Origin: Pocillopora damicornis
Lineage: Eukaryota
NCBI RefSeq assembly: GCF_003704095.1
Contig: NW_020846678.1
Location: forward strand, 248,001 to 312,000
DNA: 64,000 nucleotides
Reading direction: 5' to 3'
In this document: positions 36,803 to 50,157 of the stretch, piece by piece
Numbering within the stretch: position 1 is the first letter of the stretch
How the letters are laid out: the number at the start of each line of letters is the position of its first letter
The notes under the pieces: generated by a model
Database searches by the model: none
Seen by the model: the letters and a program-made list of their open reading frames with translations, nothing else
What the model was told of the DNA's origin: nothing
Translations under genes and position numbers: made by a program

Positions 36803-39800
36803 TTATTTGCTGTTTCCCGATTTATTCCCTGCTTTCACCATTCGTACTTGCTTTCCACAGAAGCCCTTGTTAAAGCCAACCTCGTCGATCGCAATGTCGC
36901 CTCGAAAGTTTTGACCCCTTACAGCTTCGATGATTAACTGAATGGGAAGGAAGTTGCAATTAGGAATTAGTAAAAGCGAAAATCAAAGGAAATCACAACG
37001 GATTCGGAGAATTCATTTTCTCTGAAAAAAAAAAAATTTATCTGAGACGCGCGTCAGCCAAGTGTAGCCTACTAAACATTGCGCTGTGAAATGAAGAAAG
37101 CTGATTTTGACCCAAAAATGTGGCCGAAACGTTTCATTTCAACTTGCTGCCATCAGTTTTTAATTATACTCTAAATTTCAGCGTTTTGCTATAGCCAATT
37201 CGTACGCTCAAATTAATGACGGAGATATTTGTAACTTGCATCTTACCTTATATTGGCTACCTCCTTTAATACCAATTTTAGCTTTTTTCCAGTCGTCTCC
37301 CTGGTTTCCATTACTGTTCCATAGCAAGGCAGGTAGGATTCCTTTTCCCAGCTCTTGTTTATACACAGACAGGCTGTCTATATCTTTGCCTGACATGTGG
37401 TAAGCAAAGAGCAGACAGCGGTCCTCTCCAGAACCATATATTGTCAACATGGCTTTGTCGCCAGCCCTTCGAGGAGAGGAGGACTCGATAAAAGCGTACT
37501 TTCCTAGCAATAATAAAACGCAAATATACTTTAAGTTGGAGTCTTTTCCTAGAGTTTTATGTGAGGATTTAAAGAATTCACAAAGCCGAATCGATGACTA
37601 AACCCCTTCACTCTCAAGAAATCATTTATAATTCTCTATACTCCTTAATTGCCATACAATCTCCTATTCAATTGGTGATATTTTTTATTTCATAACTTGT
37701 CTACTTGAGTTTGTTATGATATTTTAGAGAGAAATTCCGTCTTAGTACTCGTGAGAGTTAAGGGTTACAAATTTGCATCGGTTTTTGTATGGTAATAACA
37801 TGATTTCGAGTACAATTTGGTGGACATAACCAGGATTAATTTTTTCAAAGACAACAAAATTAAACGAGCCCGCAGGGCAAGAGCAATTTTTAGTCTCAAA
37901 AAATGAATGGGTGCTTATTGCACCAAATTGCAAGAGAAATCATGTCATCGCTTGTTAATAATATACATGAAAAAACATCGCAGAAAGTCAAGACAGACGA
38001 AATTTTGAAAGCGTGCGCGCGCTATTTGTAATTTGCTCTCGTGTTAGAGCTTTGCAATCGTGTCACATGAATGCACTCGTTTTCAGCCAATCAGAAGCGC
38101 GTAATTTTTTCATGTACATTACTACCAGAGAAATGGCAAGTGCGCCAAAATTACCTGATCCGCCAAATCCAGTTTGTGGACCAGTGCCCTTCGAGGGCGT
38201 CTCACCCTCAGTGATTGACCAATCAAACTGGTCCTCATTTCCCTCGTTTCTCCACTGGCAAAAACCTGAGTCGAAGGAACACACTCCTGGGGAAAAGAAT
38301 AACCGACACTTTTTTCAAAACTTTTTGCTGTACTTACAGAAAGAGAACCTCTTTCCTGGAGGTCAAATTTCCGATTGTGCTCCGACTGTTTCTAGATGGC
38401 TTGAAATATCACTTTTTGTTTCCTTTTGGTCAGCTGTTTACGCTGGTTTGAAAATTTTCGATTTTCTCTCGCGGCGAGGTAGGAACATAGCTACCGAATA
38501 GACGTTTTTTTTTCATATTTAAGAATGAAACAAACCTCGATCCGTCAATCCAAGTTTAAGTCAATCTAGGTAACACCTTGGTATGCAACGCAGAGTTCTC
38601 ACCTAATGCTAGATGGCTGTCCGCTTGGATTTCTTCTTCACTGACTCTTACCACGCATCTTCCGGGTGTAAATGTTATAGAATCCACTGCTATGTCCCCT
38701 TCGAAAGTTGAACCTCGTACACCCTCAATGAAAACCTGCAGAGAAACAAACAGAACAGGCTTAGGTCCCCGAAAGGGGATTGAACTATACATGTGCTATA
38801 AGACACAGGAAGGAGACATGGCTAAAAGGTTTCATTTAAATTTCCATTGACACTTGCAATTAATTCAAGGAAGGAAATTACAAAGGTTAATCAGAGGTAC
38901 TGTTAAATGTGATAAAACTCAACGTCACCCTATTCAGAAAAAACCTCAAAGATCCAGGATTTTCCTGTTCCAGTGGATGTTTGGTCTTACATTACTATAG
39001 TGGCGTCGACAAGTTAAGAAGATAATCTGTCTTCAAATTTATTTGAGCACTTGTCTGATCCGTAATTTCCATAAAAGGTGTCACCTTTTAATTTACTTTA
39101 AATATTTGGAATGCACTTTGACAATTTCCGTAAAAGTCTGACAATTTAGAATCTTCTGGAACATAACTGTTAGCCTAATCCGGAAATACAAGTCGTGATC
39201 GTTTTCATCTGGTCGGAAAGACAAGCGGCGCTTTCTACAATCAAGAGAATCAGTTATACACCCATACACCAATACACTTGACTTCAGTGAAAGACATCTC
39301 CTAAACAACTTAACTTACCCTATAAAATCTCCCGAACAAATTAAATTGTGCATTCTTCCAGTCTTCCCCTTGGTCTCCGACTCGGTACCAAACCACTCTC
39401 GGTGTTGAGTCTTTTCTTTTGATTTGATAAACCCTAAGAGTACCGATTCCAGACCCCAACATGTGGTACTTGAACTGTACGCACTGGGTTCCAGTCATGT
39501 ATCCGCTTAGCAGCTTGGCCTTTTCACCACTTTTTTGCAGAGAGGCTTCTAGATAAATATACCAACCTTCGGTATAATAAGAAAATTGAAATAAGAATAA
39601 TGATGATAATGATGACAACGACAAAGCCAATGACAACGCAGACGACAATTATAATGGCAAAGATATTGAAGATGACAAAAATAGGGAGAAGGATATGCAT
39701 TGAGACAGGGATAATGGGCAAGAGGAGAGCGTTTGATCTTCCACTGGTATGAAAGCTCTTTAATTCTTTATACCCTAACATCGGTCTGCATATCCTCCAC

Positions 39801-42800
39801 ACTTTTGTCTGTGTATTTCCTAGGATGCCGACGAGGATGTCCAACAGTCTAGAGCTTCTTTAGACGGCGATCATTTCCTTTATTCTCCTGACCTTTATGA
39901 GTGATTCAGGGGTGATGATGTAAAGAGAAATTAGATGCTAAACGTAGAACTAAGCAATAAATTATGGAGGCCGACGACAGAGCTGAATAACGTTTGCCAC
40001 TATTTTTTACAAAACATATAGGTTCTCCAAAAACTTTCTATACCTAATTATTTTCAAAAATTTATTTTCTCCTTAAAAACACTTGAAATAGGAAAATACC
40101 TTCAGTGACATCAACATTTCTTGGTTTTAAACGCCAGCCCCTTTTTTACCTGCAAATTTTGCTGAATTTTAAACGTCGTACGCTTGAGCTCGCGTTATTG
40201 ACCGCACACCTGTGACGTATGTTATTCAGCTCTGCTAAGCCCGACATGATTTTGCGAAAAAGGTATTTGATGAGTTAGTCTGATGGTTTGCAAGCAGGAA
40301 GCCGGGTCTTAAGGTTCTATTCCTGGGGAAGAAACTCAGCCCTCACATTGCCCCTGTACCTCGGGAATAGCTAGGAGTGGGCACCATTGAGGCGAACTGA
40401 TGGGAGTCTGTTGCATCACGAGTAGCTCTGGAATCTGATCATTTGATTAAAATTGTCAAGCCACTTTGGTTTCAAATTTGGTAACAGTGAAAAGCCCAGT
40501 CATAAAGTCAGTCCTCATATAACACTTCAACATGAACCTAAGCCTAGGTAATTTTTTTTGGAAATCTACGAAGCGCTCTTTCGCCACAGAGGAAAAATAT
40601 TTCGTACTCACCATCTCCGTCTGCATCGGAAGTGGGCCCAGTGTTCTGAGTCATCGTATCCCCACTGTTTATCAGCCAATCAAAGTCATCGTTGTTATCG
40701 TTTATCCAGGAACAGAAATGTCCCTTGAATGAACAATCATCTGGCAAAGCAAAAGTCAGTTGAGTAAAATAAGACATTTTTCACTTCTTTGTTGCTTTTA
40801 TCCTTGAGGTGGCGCAAGATCAGTTTCAACTATATCCTGACACTTCTCTTCGTATTTACCTCAAGCTAATGTGTGTTGATATGGAGCGGATAGAATATCA
40901 ATTGAAATTTACTAGCACATTCAACAACAACCAAAGTTTGAGGCATCAAGTTGGGGTCGTGTGTATGAATAAGTGAATAAGTAGGTAAGTAAGTAAGAAA
41001 GAAACTGACGCAATATTATGAAAGGTTGTATTTTAAAAAAAAATAAAGAGAGATTTTTCCTTACTTTCAACCAATAAATGTGCTGGAAGGGTCGGTGTAG
41101 TTGCGGACGTCGTTGTCGTTGTAGCAGCAGTGATAGCACGTTGGAATGGAGGACAAGCACCTTTCGTGAACTCGATTTTGTCAATGGCTATGTCACTTCT
41201 CCATACACCAATAACCGCTTCGATTTGTATCTAAAAGAATTTCATTTATTTGACAACTGCGAGCTAAGGTTATTCGTTTAAGTTTCTGCCTTTACTTACT
41301 AAAGCGTATGTGACAGTAAATTAGTAAGTATTATCGTTTTCTCGTAATCCTCATTGCTACACATTGAGGATCAAACATATCAGGTTATTCAAAGAAGGCT
41401 TCACCCTTCAAACAGCGCTGAGGAAAATACAAGGGGCATGGATGTCAACGATCAAGAAACAAAGCAAATGAAGAGAAACAACTTTTGGCGTCGTTTCTAT
41501 GATGACAAGGGACAGACAAGATTGGTTGGCTTCAATACTGTGATGTGAATGGTTGATGTAAATAATAATGTAAACAACATGTATATATCACACAAGTAAA
41601 CAGAGCTCTTCGCGCGCGCTGATTGGTTAGTTCGGAGGTAAAAAGCAAGAACTAATCACCTCCGGGAGGTCGAAGAGACAAAATCTCGCGTCAAGAGTTT
41701 AATTTCCGACCATTTTTTGGTATATTTAAAGAAATAAACTAGTTTTTTCTTTTTTTGAGGTATATAATGAAACAAAACTATTCACCTCAGCGTCGGAGAA
41801 AGTGGTGGTTATTTACCTCCGCTTTGGTGAAGAGTGTTAATTATATATGCATTTTGGTTGGTTCCTTCCTATGATCTATCAGAGGAGAGACGCATTGAAG
41901 ACGTCGCACTTTTTTCTTTTTTGCCTTTTTTGCTATGTAAAACATAGGTTTTAGGTTGCCGTGGGTCTGTTCGATAGTAGATCACGGACGACGTCAAAAG
42001 GTGATAAGAACATCAGTGACGCACTCATGTGCCACATTCTTGTTCTGCCGCCTCTTAAGGTCATCTGTGGCCTATTACTGAACCGATGCATGGCAACATG
42101 AAATAAATTTGTTTAAGAAATTAACTCTGTGTGCAAAAGTTCAAGACCTTACCATATACGACGTTGAGTTACAAGGAAGAGTTATTCGTGCTTCGTGCCA
42201 CTTGTCACCTTGGTTTCCATAGCGACGCCATAACCGGCCCCTCATTATTCCGTCGCCCACGCGATAAACAGAGAGCGAACCCATATCTTGACCAAACATA
42301 TAATATCTAAAGCGCATGCACTGAAGGCCCTTCAATAAACCGCTGGTCAGGATTGCTCTGTCAGCGAATCGTCTGGGCTCTGATGATTCCACATAAAGGT
42401 ACTGACCTTTGAGGAGGAAAATATAATGTAAAACAAAGGGTAAAAAATGATGTGCTGTGAAAGAGGTAAGTTTTAGTTATCTTTTAATCTTATTCACTGC
42501 CGTTATAAGGGTTCGTTGCGCAGCACGCCTTTCATTTGCCTTTCCCTTTTTTCAATTTCGTTTTTCCTTTTTCAAAATCACCCTCAGCCTATTACAGTAA
42601 CCAGAATAATTTTCAAGTGAACGAAGTCACAAAACTAGGCAAATGAAGTAAAAAAATTGTAGTATAATTTAATGAATTTTGCTTAATAATAATCTAAACA
42701 AAAATAATAAAATCTAGAAAACTGCTCGTTTAAGAAATAAGACGAAACAAATCTGGTGCCATAAAGGACAAAATTGGTACAACTACAAAGATACGAGCGC

Positions 42801-45800
42801 ACCCTAAAATAAAGTTTTCGGAGTCATTTAAACCTTTAAAGCTGCCCATCTTAATGCAGATAAGATGATAATCCTTCGCGGATAATTTGATCGAGCAAAT
42901 TATGTAGGGCGCTGTGTCAACTCTTATCTAATCCATGATTAAGCAGCTTTACATTAACTCGGGACCGAAGGCAACTCCTTTGGCCAACTTATTTATAGTA
43001 ACCTCCCCTAACTATATGCCATTAGATGCTATCTCAACTTGAATTTTTTCGGTCCATTTGACAAGCCAAGTAAGAAGTGTGCTCCTTCTTGTATGGTCTC
43101 AGAGGGTTTGTTAGATCCCGTTTATTAGCACAAAGTTCCTAAGCACTCAAAAAGACATGCATGATTTTAATGTCAATATGAAGATGTTACGGGGTCACAA
43201 TACCAAGGCATCTAACCTTCTCCTTCATAACCAGCAGTTGGACCTGTTTCTTCGCTTGGAGTCCCTCCCTCTATCAGCTGCCAATCAAAGTCATCATTGG
43301 GATCATTTATCCATTTACACAATCCTTCATCAAATGTGCAGTTACCTGGGGAAATGACGGTATAATTTCCGTATGTTTTAAGCGCACAAGGCAACAAGGA
43401 TCTAAGGTCTATTACGATTAGGTTGAAGCAAACGTTCAGATGTCTGAGCTAAGGCCTCGCCAGTACTTGCGTATACTCCCGAGGGTATAGAGGTAATATG
43501 AGAACTCGGTGTCTTTCTCAAGACTAAAGGATCAGGCTCAAGACCGGCCTTTCACGCGCAAACTATCGGGCCAACTAATTAAATGAGTTAGATGAATATT
43601 TTTGACGCAAAATCGAGCAGGGCTCCATCATTTGTTCCGTTAATTAAACGAAGTTTCTGCTTTTAATCGTATCTGTGACATTGACTTTTCTAAGGTGCAC
43701 GATCCTGGAAAATCCGATCGCGATACACATGTTGATTAACAACACACGAAAATAAATTCCGATAGCGTTCCACGCAAGATGAACAGTTATGTTACTTTTT
43801 TGCTGTTTGTTCGGTTTGCTTTGACTCACCAATCAACCCAGCATCGAATGAATCTTGTTTCAACTGACAACAGGTTCCTTTGCTAAAGAAAATGTCGTCC
43901 ACAGCAAGATCAGAAAGATAAGAAGGACCCACAACGCCTTCAATAATAATCTGCAATTTAAATTTGAAGGATCATGTTAGTACTAGAGGTTAGCCACGAT
44001 TTCTATCGCCTATAATCTAACCTAACCAATGTTTACGCTTTCGCGTAAGATATTCTTTACTCGGACTTAATGTTTTCGGTAAAGTTTACCTATAGATATT
44101 TCAGTGAAGTTCGATGACTTCACAGGTTGCTTACTGAAGCTACTCATCTATTTCAGTCGGTTTGGCCCGCGCTATTGTCACTGGAAGAGAACACAAGCGA
44201 CACGCGCGTGAACAAGCAGAACACGCGAGTATATTGCGTACAATTCACGTGTGCCAATGTGAATCACTAATTTGCGTTCCTTTCTCAATCGAACTTCTTA
44301 GCACTGTCTTACAGCTTAGGGAGCCGAAGTTCCAACTCAATGATATGTTAAAAATTTTTAAGCCTTCTGAATTCAAAGACTGAATTTCTCTACCTCACCG
44401 ACAAGAACTCCTTATCTCAGAGGATAAAAAATATTAGAGCACCTGGTAACAAGCTCCTCCGATATCAACTAAAGCCTCGTGCCAATCTGGTCCCTGATGT
44501 CCCGACATAGTCCACAAAAGATCGTCACTACGCACACCTTCTCTCTTGTAAACACTCAGCTTGCCCATGCGATCCCCATACATACTGTAAAAGAACTGAA
44601 GGCACATTCTTCCGCAAATGCGTGGGCCCATCAGCAGCGCCCTGTCTCCATATCTCTGGGGTGCAGACCCCTCAATAAATATATATGCGCCTGATGACAA
44701 ACAAATTATAAGTTTGGATTAGATATGCGATTCAACGATCATGTGGTCACACTAAGCAGGCTAAAGTCTTCGTAGAATTCTTAATGATACGATAAAATAT
44801 GAAACCAATTCACCATCGTATCCGGTGTGATCTTTCTCTGGACCAGTGTCTACTGTTCCTGTAGCTCCACTGTTTAAAGTCCAGTCGAATTCATCACCAA
44901 GGGGCAGATTGATCCATTCACAAAACCCACCATCAAAGTCGCACGTCCCTAAGTACAATTACGTAGGAAGAAACGTTAAACACCTATTCAGAATGACATT
45001 GAGTCACCGAAGTCAACTCCGCTCTATTCAGTGATTTAGTCAATCATAAAATCCATCCGTTGTATATCGGAGTGTCAATACGTGGTTCGCACGTTCTTAA
45101 GTCAGTCCTTTCGTCAGTCAAGCGGTCAATCAGTCAGTCAGTCAGTTAGTTGGTCCAATACCCAGTCAGTTAGTGAGTTAGGCAGTTGGTAACTCACATA
45201 GGTGAGTAAATGGGTGGATGGTCTTTTGTAAGTCAGTCAGCCGATCAGTTAGTCTAACTGTCATTTTTTAGTAGAAACTCAGTCAGTTACCCGCTGGCCA
45301 GTAGCTGATAATAATCAAATACAATACCTGTCTCTCCTCTTTTCATATCTGAGTGCACCGTCAAGTTGCGAGGCAAATAATTAAGTTCCTTTCCGTCACA
45401 AGTTCCATTGACAAACGTTATTTCATCCAAGGCAATATCACCCTGATAGGACTTGCCCACTCTGGCAGCAAATATAATCTNNNNNNNNNNNNNNNNNNNN
45501 NNNNNNNNNNNNNNNNNNNNNNNNNNNNNNNNNNNNNNNNNNNNNNNNNNNNNNNNNNNNNNNNNNNNNNNNNNNNNNNNNNNNNNNNNNNNNNNNNNNN
45601 NNNNNNNNNNNNNNNNNNNNNNNNNNNNNNNNNNNNNNNNNNNNNNNNNNNNNNNNNNNNNNNNNNNNNNNNNNNNNNNNNNNNNNNNNNNNNNNNNNNN
45701 GGTACGTAAGCTACCTGTGACGTAGCAATCTTTGGAGACAAGAGCACGAAACATGGCCTCACCCGATAAAAAAGACATTCCTGGTTATCAATCATAACTT

Positions 45801-48800
45801 CCCCTAAGGCCTAAGTGGTTTCGACGACTCTCACTGGAAAAGGCACTCAGCACATCAGTCAGAAGTTCCGCACACACAAGTATAAGCTGTTTCATTTTCT
45901 CTTACTGTGTAATTGTTGCCGAAGACTGTGACGTTGCTGTACCTCCAGGTATTTCCTTGGTTTTTATATCGGCCCCAGACAAAATTCTCCATCCCATCCT
46001 CCTTTAGGTAGATTTGTAGATCTGCTATGTGTCTTCCATACATGTGGTAGAAAAAACGCATGCACATTATACCGGAAAACGGACCTCCAAGGAGACGAGC
46101 AGTCTCACCAGCTTTCCTCGGCCATGACGCCTCGGCGTAGATATAGAAGCCTGGGACACAAAAGTCTTACGGGTTAGTATTATGACGAAACTACGTTCAG
46201 GTGGAACTTGACGTAAAAGCATTATATAGAGAAAATGTATGGGCGGATAAAATTTCACAAAAACACGACAACAATGGCAGAATCATACCAACTTTTAAAA
46301 AGAACATGAAACAGAATTAAGTACAAACAAGAAACGATGTTAGTTAAATCACGCGAGACAAGCCGTACTTTGAAAAAAAATTGAGAAATTCAAAGTCGGT
46401 TCAGCGAGAAATGCAAAATTTTATGATTGGGGATCGCTGATGTAAGGGTGATCTTAGATAAAAAGATACAAAAAATGCAGAAAAAAGTACATATAAAACT
46501 TACTCTTCATACATTTTGGGATAAGAGAACTAACATAAAAACTTTATTGCCTCGCGTTTTCCCGCGCTTTTGAAATACCCTGCTTGTGTTATCATCGGCT
46601 CTTTGTGTTATTTTCCTTTGCATAGATTGGTTGTTGCAATTAGTTTGGTTTTTTGCCAACGACACTTAAGAAAAAGCCATCCAATATCTCTATGAGTGAT
46701 GATTGCAGAGTCCTACCTTCTCCAGAGCGATCTTTCCTAGGTCCAGTATTGCTACTTGGTGTTCTCGATTTCAGGCGAATCCAATCAAAGTCATCTCCAC
46801 TTGTTTCATTCGTCCAGTTACAAAAATCCACGTCAAAATCACATCCTCCATCTTTTGCAAAGTCAATGAGAAAAAAATAAAGAATTAATTTATGGTTCGA
46901 GTATCATTCATAATCCAATTAGTCTTTGCTGTCCCTAAGCATCGCGTTCATCTTGCCGGCCTTCATCACCCTTTCTCTGTTTTGATTTATCTTTACTTTT
47001 GTGCTGTTATTTGAAGTACGTTAAAGCATGATAAACAACATGTATCAACCCAATAAAAGGGCCGATGATTTACTCCTTTAAATTCTCTTTTTAAACCTTT
47101 CATTCCCAAGATCTCATTGGTAATTCTCCTTACTGTCTGCCACATAGTTCTTGTAATGTTAGTTTTGAGAATTTGGTATTGAATCAACCAATAATCCCCT
47201 AATTAATATTTGTATTTATTCTCATCACTTGTCTGCTTGATATTGTATTGATATTATAATGAGAAATTCTGTCTTGGTCACACATGGGAGTTAAAAGGTT
47301 AAAGCAGTTCACGTTTATACTTTTGTTAAACTTACAGTATGTCGCGAAAAGTAAAAAATAATAACATCAGACCATACGTATGTAGAGGAATTTGCTTAAC
47401 AATCAAGAGTTTCCTTCGTTGGCGAGAATTTCTTCCCCTCTCGTGATTTTGGTGTTTGATTCAGCTGTAATACTGTAAGGAGGAATTCTTAAGGATCCGA
47501 GGAGAAATCAAGAGACCGTTGAAAACATAAAACACAATCCAAACCAACGATCCATATGTTAAAACGACATTATACCTTTCCCTGAAACTCACAATTTTTA
47601 TCGAAAGATTCTATTGACCAAAATTTGAAAGCTTTTTAAAGAGTTTGTAATTGAAAACTTTAAATAAATTAAATGGCGCACAGGAACTAGTCTATTGAAG
47701 ATGCGAGCGTGAGAAACAAACACGTGATTTAAAAACAATTTAGTAGACTTGAAGCTGAAAGGTTGTTACACCTAAACTTTAAAAATAAAATAATTTTGAC
47801 AATTTTTTAACTAAGTGCTCTTAATCAACAAATCTGGAGAAATGTGCCAGGCCAAATTCTTGATCGCTCGGGGTCACTTGAATCAGAATACAAGTACTTT
47901 AGGGAAAGTTGCCAATGTTAACAAAACTGATTGTTAAACCGTCCTTGGGACATAAAGAACTGAAAATCATACAACTGATTTAATAATGACGTTACAAAGT
48001 TGCGATTTGAAAAACACTCTTCTTTCAGAAAATAATTTGGACATAAACGAATCATTAGTTTAAGTCGATTTACGGTTTAGTTTCAATGTTCTTTTCTACG
48101 GTGTGCCAACAAAAAATGCCATCAACATTTTTTTCTAAATGATTTCTGCCTGTGATGAAATGCTGAGGAAAGCTATGCACGAGGGTTATTGTAAATACTT
48201 TTATGTTTGTTACTAATTAAAAGTAACTCAAAACCTATTTGACGTGTTCCGAGCTTAGGCGACTAAAAGCTTAGGGAAATGTTACAATGTGGCTAACATC
48301 TGCTTTAGATAGAAAGGTTTTGCGGCGAACAGCATGAGTTGTAAACATTGTACTGTGGTAGCGGAATTTACGTAATTAGACTGTCCTACTCTCAGGAAAC
48401 GTACTTCAAACACATACACACATATACAGTACTGATTAACAAGGTGTTAAAATCTCCTTTTTTGATGGTAAAATAATTATTATAGAGGACTTAAAGAGGT
48501 GTAAAAAATTATCCTCAACTCAAGTTACGAGCTCACGCGTCCTTAAAGTTCCGAACACAGCTCGGTCTGTCGTCATAAAATTTGTCATGGGTACAATCTT
48601 AGAGCCACGGCTACATATCACATAAAACATGTAACACTCTTTGTGGTGCAATTACCGCCACTTGGCCAAAAAAGATGGGAATTCTGATGTGGCTCCCTGC
48701 CTTTCACTTATGACAAATGTAATGATTTCTCCAAATGAATCCTTTTTTTTTTTGGCCGTTGGCCTGTTTTGGCTTAACTATTTCCCTCATGAAATAATAC

Positions 48801-50157
48801 AAATCCCGTTGAAATAATCTTTGGGTTTTATCTGATGATGCCGTTGTAATACTAAATAGATCCAGAACGGCTAGCTGAACTTAATATTTTATGTGAACCA
48901 AGAGAGTTTAAGTTAAATTTGTTGGATAAAGGTTAGATTTAAACAAAAAAATCTCATTATGAAAATTGACTGCAAAACTTAACACTACCAACTGAAAACG
49001 AAATTATTGACGAAAACGCTTAACTACTGACCAAACACGATAATCTTCCTTTCCGTGGGTAAATTGTTTTAAAATCACGCCAATTCGCGTGAGATATTTC
49101 TCACGCTCGCATCTTCAATAGACTAGTTCCTGTGCGCCATTTTATTTATTTCAAGTTTTCAATTACAAATTTTCTACAAAAGCTTTAAAATTTTGGTCGA
49201 TAGAATCGTTCGATAAAAATTCTGAGAGTTGCTTTTAGAAAAGTCGAGAGCTGGCCCAGGCCGCTATCTAAGATTGGCCATAAGCTTCCTACCACACATC
49301 TACAATCCATCTTTCGTGGAATTCGATGCTGAAATTCACTCGCGTTACGTGGGTTTTACCTTTTAACGGAAGATCAATTATGTCTCACATTTATTGTAGA
49401 CTACACCGGACATGTGTTTGTTCACACGAGGAGTTCTTTTAACCATCAAGGAAGCCGGAAGGTCTTAAGTGCCCCAGCAGTAAGACAAATTGCATTCACT
49501 TTTCTTCATATATTGATATTTTGCTGTTTTCGTAATGTGTACGGTGTTATTGAGTCATTTGTTCTTCATAATACATCAAACGAAAGATTGACTGATGATA
49601 GTCATGGCAGAAGTCTTAGTGTTCGAGTGCGTAAAATTGACAGAGTTGTCTTAAAGAAAACAAGGTATCGATTAGCGGCGATTTCTTAAAAAGTAACTTC
49701 TTCATACAGCTATTTGTGGTAAATTGGGTTTTGTAATAAAGATTCGTAGAACAGAAGGATTTGAAGCCGTTTGTACTTAAAACATACTGTGCGCATTATG
49801 AAAATTATCTTAATCCCGTGACGCTATTAGTGATTGCTTGCGACATTTTGTAGCATATAACGTATCAAAGTTAAGGGCCTCTAAAAGGAACAAGTAAAGA
49901 AATAAATGCGTTAACTTTTCCTTTAGTACATCAAAAATACATGGCATTTCTAGGGACGTCAGTTCTATCACAAAACTTGACCATGCTACGTTACCTAAAA
50001 TTGCTTCTCTGTGCATCTTGTGGATTGGCGTCGTTTCATTGGAAGGGCTCGTCGTACTGTTGCTTTCTGTGGAGATTCTGAAGGCAAAAACACCATTATT
50101 TGCCAGAAGAATGAAGGCAATCGCGAAGAATATCGTCTTGTAGGTCGAGACCTTCAT
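36803..50157 (-). CDS. MAM-domain protein B: signal peptide + S/T-rich spacer + 5 MAM domains, ~926 aa, 16 exons (paralog of A)
   Basis: Exons: 50157-49995, 46851-46717, 46150-45906, 45478-45328, 44948-44814, 44690-44443, 43950-43830, 43345-43217, 42406-42153, 41230-41065, 40740-40612, 39566-39319, 38735-38603, 38286-38155, 37503-37247, 36937-36803. All introns are GT-AG and the 2781 nt stay in frame. N-terminus MKVSTYKTIFFAIAFILLANNGVFA, C-terminus ...GDIAIDEVGFNKGFCGKQVRMVKAGNKSGNSK*. Confidence 0.92.
38800..39260. repeat. Inverted copy of 35215-35670, in intron 12 of MAM gene B
   Basis: Reverse-complement similarity over the whole block, for example AGGAAGGAGACATGGCTAAA versus TTTAGCCATGTCTCCTTCCT. 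Confidence 0.85.
39979..40234. mobile_element. MITE with 14-bp terminal inverted repeats
   Basis: CAGAGCTGAATAAC...GTTATTCAGCTCTG enclose ~255 bp of non-coding AT-rich DNA. Confidence 0.7.
45105..45290. repeat. Degenerate (CAGT/TAGT)n tetranucleotide repeat
   Basis: Repeated agtcagtc/agttagt units. Confidence 0.7.
45481..45700. other. Assembly gap (220 N) in intron 3 of MAM gene B
   Basis: Run of N that abuts the AG acceptor of exon 4 (45479-45480). Confidence 0.99.
47091..47302. mobile_element. TTAA-flanked (piggyBac-like) MITE
   Basis: TTAAACCTTT.A.TCCCA...TGGGAGTTAAAAGGTTAA. Related copies at ~37599-37767, ~50581-50790, ~59005-59214 and ~62400-62493. Confidence 0.75.
47587..49230. mobile_element. 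Long inverted-repeat pair (arms ~47587-47742 and ~49060-49230); possible foldback or non-autonomous DNA element in intron 1 of MAM gene B
   Basis: AAATGGCGCACAGGAACTAGTCTATTGAAGATGCGAGCGTGAGAAA is the exact reverse complement of TTTCTCACGCTCGCATCTTCAATAGACTAGTTCCTGTGCGCCATTT. Confidence 0.75.

Noticed and set aside
15540-36910. RGD motifs in the MAM proteins (WRGDIAID, FRGDIAID)
   Set aside because: They arise from the conserved GDIAID strand of the MAM fold and are not evidence of integrin binding.
39524-39844. Hydrophobic ORF resembling a transmembrane exon for gene B
   Set aside because: It is the translation of an intronic degenerate trinucleotide tract in a different frame from exon 12.
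45287-45795. ORFs spanning X runs
   Set aside because: Artefacts of the 220-N gap. Only 45478-45328 is coding.
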